Below are positions 9,091 through 15,421 of a DNA stretch of 26,512 nt, piece after piece. This stretch comes from Bacteroidia bacterium. Its GTDB lineage: Bacteria; Bacteroidota; Bacteroidia; UKL13-3. Position 1 is the first letter of the stretch, and each line of letters begins with the position of its first letter. The stretch lies in the NCBI GenBank assembly GCA_035299275.1, contig DATGWX010000199.1:1-26512 (forward strand), written 5' to 3'. A model generated the notes under the pieces. The model was not told the DNA's origin and made no database searches. It saw only the letters and a program-made list of their open reading frames with translations. Made by a program: the position numbers and the translations under genes.

Positions 9091-9098
9091 CAAAGGTA
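9091..9098 (-). promoter_or_regulatory. Bacteroidota -7 promoter element (TACCTTTG) for carB
   Basis: Exact TAnnTTTG match 40 nt upstream of the carB GTG. Confidence 0.65.
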
Positions 9099-9250
9099 AG
9101 CGATTTGACTCAATGAAAAAGCCCTGTGTGAATAAAGGGTGAAAATTATAGAAAAGTGCTGATGCAGCAAGGGTTGTGCAGCAATAGAATCTGATTAGAA
9201 AGTCTGTTGAAGTGGGTGTGCGGGTTGAAAAATGTACTTACCGTTGGGAA

Positions 9251-9742
9251 TCAGTATTTCTGAATCTCTTCATGAAAAAACTCTAATTGAACACCTGCTT
9301 GTTTGAGCATTTCTTCACTTTCGCCACCTGCGTGATATTTGCGCTCACATACCACCCGTTTAATACCACAGTTGATAATGAGCATGGCGCATACACGGCA
9401 GGGGGTCATGCGGCAATACAGCGTTGAACCATCCAGCGATACCCCGTTTTTGGCGGCCTGACAGATGGCATTTTGCTCAGCATGAACGGTACGTACGCAG
9501 TGTTCTGTAATGCTGTCGTCTTCATGAATCACTTTTTTCATCTGGTGGCCCACCTCATCGCAGTGAGGCAAACCAATGGGCGAACCTACATACCCGGTAA
9601 CCAGCAGTTGATTGCCGCGGGCTATTACACAGCCGCTTCGGCCACGGCCACAGGTTGCCCGCTTGCTTATGGCATCCATTACTTCCATAAAATATTCGTC
9701 CCAGGTGGGGCGAATGTAGTGTTCTCCTGTAGTTGTGCTCAT
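9251..9742 (-). CDS. dCMP deaminase (deoxycytidylate deaminase, ComEB/DCD family)
   Basis: RPTWDEYFM N-terminus, RATC, TGYVGSP, HAEQNA and PCRVC zinc/catalytic motifs, LIINCGIKRVV. Confidence 0.93.
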   Translation of the reverse strand: MSTTTGEHYIRPTWDEYFMEVMDAISKRATCGRGRSGCVIARGNQLLVTGYVGSPIGLPHCDEVGHQMKKVIHEDDSITEHCVRTVHAEQNAICQAAKNGVSLDGSTLYCRMTPCRVCAMLIINCGIKRVVCERKYHAGGESEEMLKQAGVQLEFFHEEIQKY

Positions 9743-9746
9743 GGCG

Positions 9747-10295
9747 TCAGTGTTTAATTACCGCATCAATTTGCTGGTAAAGTTCATCGAAAGTTCCGTT
9801 ATTTAAAAGGCTGTAATCAGCCAGTTGCATGCAGGCACTCAGGTTTTGTTTGTTGGGGTCGGTAGAGGTCATTTCGCGGTCTTCATTTTCACTAAAGGTT
9901 TCAAAGGAAACATGGTCGGTTTCTGATCCTCTTTTCAAAATACGGTCATACCGCACCTGTCTGTCAGCATCAACAGATAGCAGAATAAAATTACCCTTGG
10001 CCTTTAAGGCATTTACTTCACCTACCGTGCGTATGCTTTCAATAATGCAGTTGGTGCCGCTGGCCTGCGCTTCTTTAAACAACTCCTCAGCAATAAAACT
10101 GGGGCTGTTTTGTGCCCTGAGTGCATTGGCCGTATGGGTTAATGAATCGCGGTTTACTTCCTTACCCTGCGCCTTAATAATGTTGGTGAGGTACCCGCGC
10201 ACGGAGAAATGTTTAAATTGGTGGTGAGTAGTAAGGTACTCTACAATGGTGCCTTTGCCAGCACCCAATGTGCCTGTAATGCCTATAATTTTCAA
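9747..10295 (-). CDS. P-loop nucleoside-monophosphate kinase-like protein (dephospho-CoA kinase/UPF0200-like)
   Basis: TTG start. Walker A IIGITGTLGAGKGT, IIESIR (Walker-B-like), lid RYDRILKRG, ADYSLLNNGT C-terminus. Stop is 4 nt before the deaminase ATG. Confidence 0.8.
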   Translation of the reverse strand: MKIIGITGTLGAGKGTIVEYLTTHHQFKHFSVRGYLTNIIKAQGKEVNRDSLTHTANALRAQNSPSFIAEELFKEAQASGTNCIIESIRTVGEVNALKAKGNFILLSVDADRQVRYDRILKRGSETDHVSFETFSENEDREMTSTDPNKQNLSACMQLADYSLLNNGTFDELYQQIDAVIKH

Positions 10296-10459
10296 TGCGC
10301 TATTTTTTGGGTGAAATTAATTACCTGAACTGAATTACACAAACCTGAACACAAGTTTTTGAGAAACGACACTTGCTCAGCATATTTAATGAAACGTAGT
10401 ATATTGCATTAGCTAAAAATTAGATTAATCATTACGGTGATTCGAATATTTAAACAGAT

Positions 10460-10939
10460 ATGAGAATATTGTTCATACTTACAGCGGTCTTTATTAACAT
10501 TGAAACAACTGCTCAAGTTGTGAACTCATTGGCTGTAGAAGATGCTGTGATGCAACAAACACCAGTAAAGGAAATAATTATTGGACATTGGATGTATCGC
10601 GACAAAAATACCCTTAAATATTTAACGCTAAATAAAGACTCTACATTTCACTGGCATATTAGCGGTTGTAAAGGTTATCACTATTTAACCGGTAAATTTA
10701 TTTTCTCAATTGACACAATTTATTTATCAGGAAACAAGGATATAAGTAAATTTATTTTTAAGGGTAAAAAAATATTTACTTACTCAGGACGAAGTAATGA
10801 TTATCCAGACTTTCAACCATTGACTAAAACAAGAATAAGAATTTTTTCAAGTGCTCGTAAGGAATACAAGAAATTCACAAGGAAGCATAGAAAAGCAGTA
10901 TATAAAGAGATAGAAAGGGAGGTAAGGAATAAAAGATAA
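10460..10939 (+). CDS. AT-rich secreted hypothetical protein with a lipocalin/NlpE-like beta segment and a basic C-terminal tail
   Basis: Signal peptide (MRILFILTAVFINIETTA-Q). IIGHW...LTLNKDSTF...C...GKF...DTIYL pattern. Two sampled 60-nt lines have 19/60 and 16/60 G+C. Confidence 0.6.
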   Translation: MRILFILTAVFINIETTAQVVNSLAVEDAVMQQTPVKEIIIGHWMYRDKNTLKYLTLNKDSTFHWHISGCKGYHYLTGKFIFSIDTIYLSGNKDISKFIFKGKKIFTYSGRSNDYPDFQPLTKTRIRIFSSARKEYKKFTRKHRKAVYKEIEREVRNKR

Positions 10940-11007
10940 TATGGTGCAATAGGGCTTAGATTACCCACTCGCGCCCCGTGTACCTGTAAAAATAAGTTAG
11001 TTTTCAG

Positions 11008-11025
11008 GGAGGGTATTCACCCTCC
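11008..11025. other. Hairpin GGAGGGT-attc-ACCCTCC
   Basis: Perfect 7-bp stem with 4-nt loop in the convergent intergenic region; no clear U-tract. Confidence 0.45.
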
Positions 11026-11063
11026 ATTCTTTCATGAAACATTCCAAGTAGCAGTATATTCAC

Positions 11064-11081
11064 GCAGGATATTTATCCTGC
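11064..11081. other. Hairpin GCAGGAT-attt-ATCCTGC
   Basis: Second perfect 7-bp stem with 4-nt loop, 38 nt after the first. Confidence 0.45.
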
Positions 11082-11141
11082 AATGGTATTTGGATGTACA
11101 AGTAAGACCTGAAAGTGCATAAACACTGCACCACTCAAAGA

Positions 11142-12542
11142 CTATTTTTTACTCTTAATATTATAGTTGCCCGATTTATTCATCTTTTGGTAATACTTCA
11201 ATTCAGAGTCCTGCATGGTTTTCGATTTTTCTATGCTTTTACTGTAGTTTACATTGATGGAATCTTGTTTGGCGAGTTCAGGACTAAAGCGTACTTTCTG
11301 TTTGGCCTTATTAAAATAGGCCTCATTTTGCACTGCAATCTTTTGGGCCTCTTCAAACTTTCTTTTATCAACGGCTTGTATGGTTTGCTGCAATAAATCA
11401 TTCGACTCAAAAAGATAAACCTGTTGCCACACCTGTTCATTTTCAGTTTTGGCGAGTTCTGCGGTATCAGTTTTTGGTGTAAGGGTAACACTTTTGAGGG
11501 CAGTGGTATTTTCAGCATTTCGGCTCATATTGTTCCAGTTAAATCGGGCTGAAAAATTTAATGGGGCTTGCAATGCCGCAGTGTAAGTAAGCTTCAACAC
11601 ACAGGCTTTAGTTTCTTCAGAGAACACATCGCGCAGGTTGATAACAACTTCCCTGTCATCAGCACGCTCAGCAGTTAAGCCATATAGCCGACTGAATTTA
11701 ACACCTTCAGGCAAAGTAATGTGAATGGACGTGTTTTGCGCATAGAGGTAAAGTAATCCGTTAAGCTCTTTTTTAAATATGCCGGGTATCTCTTCCGGGT
11801 TAGCAATAAAATAATAATTCCCGTTTCCGTTTTCGGCAAGTCCTTGCATCAGGTCTTCATTGTAATCCAGCCCAACCCCGAAAGTAGAAATACTTATTCC
11901 TTGCTCACGAAGTTTCCCCCGTACTATATTGAATAAACTAAGGTTATCGGTAATGCCTTCATTGGCCAAGCCATCAGACATCAGCAATACACGGTTCACA
12001 TAACCACTTTTGTAAGTAGCTTGCACCTGGTTGTATCCCTCTAACATGCCTCCGCTCAAATTTGTGGAACTACCGCTGCGCAGCTGCTGTATAAGATTTT
12101 TCAGGGTGACTTTATTCGTTACCCGTTGAGATGGGAAAAGTGTTTTTACCTCAGAGTCATAGATGACTATGGACAGGTAATCATCAGGTGTAACATGGTC
12201 CACCACAAACATGGCTGCTTTTTTAGCATACTCCAGTTTGGCGCCATCCATGGAGCCGCTGCGATCAATAACCAAAGATAAATTGAGGGGCGTACGCTGA
12301 GTAGAATCTGTACCTCGAAACAAGGGAGCTTTAAATTCAGTATACAGGTAAAGTACTCCCTCATTGGCCAGGTAGTTGTAATGAGCATTGGTGGAGGAGA
12401 AACGTATGTTAAGACTGTCGTTTTTTTCTTCAACTGCCCATGTATGTGAAGTGGCAGGTTGTTTGGAAATACGGTTGGAATGAGCAGTAAGCAGCGCGGC
12501 AATACCTGCAGCCGCTGCAAGAAGCACAAGTTGTCTTTTCAT
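11142..12542 (-). CDS. Secreted von Willebrand factor A (VWA) domain protein, YfbK/COG2304-like
   Basis: N-terminal signal sequence. PLNLSLVIDRSGSM (MIDAS DxSxS), GSSTNL, RVLLMSDGLANEG, ISTFGVGLDYNEDLM, GNGNYYFI. Confidence 0.92.
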   Translation of the reverse strand: MKRQLVLLAAAAGIAALLTAHSNRISKQPATSHTWAVEEKNDSLNIRFSSTNAHYNYLANEGVLYLYTEFKAPLFRGTDSTQRTPLNLSLVIDRSGSMDGAKLEYAKKAAMFVVDHVTPDDYLSIVIYDSEVKTLFPSQRVTNKVTLKNLIQQLRSGSSTNLSGGMLEGYNQVQATYKSGYVNRVLLMSDGLANEGITDNLSLFNIVRGKLREQGISISTFGVGLDYNEDLMQGLAENGNGNYYFIANPEEIPGIFKKELNGLLYLYAQNTSIHITLPEGVKFSRLYGLTAERADDREVVINLRDVFSEETKACVLKLTYTAALQAPLNFSARFNWNNMSRNAENTTALKSVTLTPKTDTAELAKTENEQVWQQVYLFESNDLLQQTIQAVDKRKFEEAQKIAVQNEAYFNKAKQKVRFSPELAKQDSINVNYSKSIEKSKTMQDSELKYYQKMNKSGNYNIKSKK

Positions 12543-12623
12543 AAATAGGGGGTTTATGAAGGTAAAACGTGAATTCTTTTTTTAAAGTATATGGTCAGGG
12601 ATAGAGTGCTTAGCTCGACACGT

Positions 12624-12648
12624 TAACTTTGAAAATTTTGTACATTTG
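12624..12648 (+). promoter_or_regulatory. Two Bacteroidota -7 motifs (TAACTTTG 12624-12631; TACATTTG 12641-12648) upstream of the MORN-repeat gene
   Basis: Exact TAnnTTTG matches. The second overlaps the ORF-track TTG start, which argues that start is not real. Confidence 0.5.
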
Positions 12649-12756
12649 ATGATGGAACACCCAGCACATAAGTCTGAAAAATTGAATACTTCATGCAAAC
12701 AAATATCAGGCGCACGCGTTGCAAATTTGAGCGAGTGGGGGAATGCTACTTATTAT

Positions 12757-13428
12757 ATGAGAAAATTGCATGCGATTTATTTTTCTATAATTTTTATCAT
12801 GGCTTTTGTAATGCAAGCTAAATCTCAAAAAACAGTTTCGGAGAAGTATTATGATAACGGAAAGATTTGGTCTAGGGTAGTTAAAAATATTGATAGTAAT
12901 TACATAGAGTATAGCTATTACAGATTAAATCAGGACTATTGTGTCAGCACCGGTGTTTTATTAAGAGATACATTTGTATCGAATGGCCCATGTTCATGTT
13001 TTTATAGTTCAGGAACAATATATTCAATTAGTAACTTTAACTATGGAAAACAGGATGGCAGGGTTGTAAACTTTCACTTAAACGGGTCTTTAAAGGCGGA
13101 GTACTTTAAACGGGATGGCATTATGTGTGGTTTGTATAAGGAATATTATTCGAACGGGAACATAAAAGTCAAAGGCCGGTATAAGAATAATGTGAGGATT
13201 AAAAAATGGTACTATTTCTACAATAATGCTACTGTTCAGGCTAAAGGTAAGTACTATAAGAAATTCGGAATGGTAAAGCCTTTTTCAATCAATTTGTCTG
13301 ATTCATCGTGTTATACGGAAAACCTCTTGCCTCCTTTTGAGTTTGCAAATGAATACAATCAACTTATGAAAGGAGTTTGGAAGTTATATGATTGCAAAGG
13401 GGTTTTGAAGAAGAAGATTAAATTCTGA
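12757..13428 (+). CDS. Secreted MORN-variant repeat protein (YwqK-like)
   Basis: Start moved to ATG 12757, which gives the signal peptide MRKLHAIYFSIIFIMAFVMQAKS-Q. Repeats YYDNGK, FYSSGT, FHLNGSLK, YYSNGNIKVKG, FYNNATVQAKG. AT-rich (17/60 G+C in a sampled line). Confidence 0.8.
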   Translation: MRKLHAIYFSIIFIMAFVMQAKSQKTVSEKYYDNGKIWSRVVKNIDSNYIEYSYYRLNQDYCVSTGVLLRDTFVSNGPCSCFYSSGTIYSISNFNYGKQDGRVVNFHLNGSLKAEYFKRDGIMCGLYKEYYSNGNIKVKGRYKNNVRIKKWYYFYNNATVQAKGKYYKKFGMVKPFSINLSDSSCYTENLLPPFEFANEYNQLMKGVWKLYDCKGVLKKKIKF

Positions 13429-13476
13429 CTGTGTTCTATAAACACATAATGACAGCAAAGTAAAACTATGATATAC

Positions 13477-13779
13477 CTAGTTTTCTTTCGCTACTCTTTT
13501 CAAAATAGCTAAGCTACCAGTGGGTACAAATTGGGGGTCAATAAGTTTGAGAAGCAATTTTTTACCCTTTTGTTTTTTAATGAATTTTTCAATGGTTACG
13601 GTTTCCTCTTTGGTTGGTGCAGCTTCAAATAGGGCTGCCATTTTCCAGTCAAAGAACTTGCCCGTGTACTTTTCATCAGGGTTGCTGTTGTGTTGCGCAA
13701 GCCTTTCCTCGGGATTTTCCGCATGGCCTATGTAGTGCCTTTGGGCTTTTTCAGAAAATAAAATATAGAGGTAAAACAT
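13477..13779 (-). CDS. Small GIY-YIG nuclease family protein
   Basis: FYLYIL...HYIG motifs, ERLAQHN (catalytic Arg), KYT, and IEKFIKKQK (metal-binding Glu). 100 aa. Confidence 0.9.
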   Translation of the reverse strand: MFYLYILFSEKAQRHYIGHAENPEERLAQHNSNPDEKYTGKFFDWKMAALFEAAPTKEETVTIEKFIKKQKGKKLLLKLIDPQFVPTGSLAILKRVAKEN

Positions 13780-13793
13780 AATTCTTGATCAAA

Positions 13794-13823
13794 TAAAAAA
13801 GCCACCCTGACAATGGGTGGCTT
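13794..13823 (-). terminator. Rho-independent terminator after tRNA-Asn
   Basis: Stem AAGCCACCC (13799-13807) / GGGTGGCTT (13815-13823) with a 7-nt loop, followed on the minus strand by a T-tract (A-run 13795-13800). Confidence 0.8.
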
Positions 13824-13827
13824 CTTG

Positions 13828-13901
13828 CTCCCCGACCTGGACTCGAACCAGGGACCCCATGATTAACAGTCATGTGCTCTAACCAGCTGAGCTATCGAGG
13901 A
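13828..13901 (-). tRNA. tRNA-Asn (GTT); CCA not encoded
   Basis: Minus strand reads TCCTCGA TAGCTCAGCTGGTTAGAGC A CATGA CTGTTAA TCATG GGGTC CCTGG TTCGAGT CCAGG TCGGGGA G. Full cloverleaf, TTCG T-loop, anticodon GTT. Confidence 0.98.
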
Positions 13902-14009
13902 TTTTTTCCCTAAAAGGAGTGCAATATTAGCTTAACCCGTTTAAAAGCGCAATATTTGCAGACATTTTTTTTAAATTAATTTATAATTCAATCTAATTCA
14001 GCAGTAACC

Positions 14010-14936
14010 ATGAGTTTATTAGTAGTAGGCAGTGTTGCCTTTGACGCCATTGAGACCCCTTTTGGTAAAACCGACAAGATAGTTGGGGGTGCCGCCACGT
14101 ATATTTCTATTGCCGCCTCTTACTTTTCCAAAGACATTAATCTGGTTGCTGTGGTAGGAGACGATTTTCCGAAGGAAGATATCGCTGATTTTAAGAAAAG
14201 AGGCGTAAACACAGAGGGCTTGCAGATAAAAGAAGGTCAGAAGAGCTTCTTTTGGAGTGGCAAGTACCACAACGACATGAACAGCCGCGATACGCTGGTA
14301 ACAGAATTGAACGTTTTGGGCGATTTTGACCCCGTTATTCCGGGCACATACCAGGGTGCTGATTTTTTGATGCTGGGTAACCTTACCCCTAAAGTGCAGC
14401 AAACCGTAATTGAACGCATGCACCGCAGACCCCGACTTATTGTAATGGATACCATGAATTTCTGGATGGAAATAGCCATGGACGATTTGCGTAAAACACT
14501 TTCTATGGTGGATGTATTAACTATTAATGACGAAGAAGCACGCCAACTTTCGGGCGAATATTCACTAGTAAAGGCCGCAGCTATCATTCGCAAAATGGGA
14601 CCAAGTACCCTTATCATTAAAAAAGGGGAACACGGTGCGCTGCTGTTTGGCGAGAATGAAGTGTTTTTTGCACCTGCCTTACCGTTAGAAGAAGTATTTG
14701 ACCCAACGGGTGCCGGAGATACCTTTGCCGGTGGCTTTATAGGTTACCTCGCTAAAACAGGCGACATCTCTTTCGAAAACATGAAGCGTGCAATTATGTA
14801 CGGCTCTACCATGGCTTCCTTTTGTGTAGAGAAGTTTGGAACCGAGCGTTTGAAAGAACTGTCGCAAAGCGATATTTACAACCGCATACAACAGTTCCGC
14901 ACATTAACCACCTACGATATAGAGCAGGCAGGTTAA
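14010..14936 (+). CDS. PfkB/ribokinase family kinase (probable sugar or nucleoside kinase)
   Basis: VVGSVAFD, GGAATY, NDEEA, IKKGEHG and the PfkB signature DPTGAGDTFAGG. Confidence 0.93.
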   Translation: MSLLVVGSVAFDAIETPFGKTDKIVGGAATYISIAASYFSKDINLVAVVGDDFPKEDIADFKKRGVNTEGLQIKEGQKSFFWSGKYHNDMNSRDTLVTELNVLGDFDPVIPGTYQGADFLMLGNLTPKVQQTVIERMHRRPRLIVMDTMNFWMEIAMDDLRKTLSMVDVLTINDEEARQLSGEYSLVKAAAIIRKMGPSTLIIKKGEHGALLFGENEVFFAPALPLEEVFDPTGAGDTFAGGFIGYLAKTGDISFENMKRAIMYGSTMASFCVEKFGTERLKELSQSDIYNRIQQFRTLTTYDIEQAG

Positions 14937-14939
14937 TTC

Positions 14940-15362
14940 CTACCAGGGAATACGACTTAAAATAAGCACAAGGGCCACGGTAAAAAATACTGCCGCGTTC
15001 TTGTGCTTAAGCTCATCTGTTGCCGCTTTCTTGGATTTAATGCGCCCTATTTGTGCAATCACTAAACCGATAATCATGGTAAGCGGGTGCTCAATTAGTT
15101 TAAAACGTAAGGCTTTATCGCCCATAGCTGTGCCCATATCTGACAAGGCCAGTTCAATAGCCGGACTCATAAAGAACAGTGCCAGACCCAGCAAAAACTG
15201 CAGGTGTAGCGAGGCAATAAAAAAGGTGCCTATTTTATTGTCGCTGCTTTCAAAGGGTTTTTGGCCCTTCCAACCGGTCCATGATTTGTAAAGTGCCAGA
15301 ACGGCCACAGCCAGCACTATCCAGCGCATGGTGTTGTGTGTATGTAAAAATGCGGTATACAT
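14940..15362 (-). CDS. Small four-TM membrane protein with conserved-looking histidines ('cytochrome b'-like Bacteroidota family)
   Basis: Start moved to ATG 15362 (MYTAFLHTHNTMRW), because the longer start overlaps comEC. Four hydrophobic helices; motifs SLHLQFLLG, IEHPLTM, KHK. Confidence 0.7.
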   Translation of the reverse strand: MYTAFLHTHNTMRWIVLAVAVLALYKSWTGWKGQKPFESSDNKIGTFFIASLHLQFLLGLALFFMSPAIELALSDMGTAMGDKALRFKLIEHPLTMIIGLVIAQIGRIKSKKAATDELKHKNAAVFFTVALVLILSRIPW

Positions 15363-15421
15363 AAGAATTTTTTTAAAGTTGTGTTTGCGAAAATAAAGGA
15401 TTGCTTTCGTAAATTTCAGCA

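Noticed and set aside
9127-9135. DnaA-box match (TTATTCACA, minus strand) upstream of the carB promoter
   Set aside because: Single box, expected by chance; no cluster indicating an origin or clear regulation.
13826-13845. Possible attL/attR duplication of the tRNA-Asn 3' end
   Set aside because: No second copy found by eye in the window and no integrase present.
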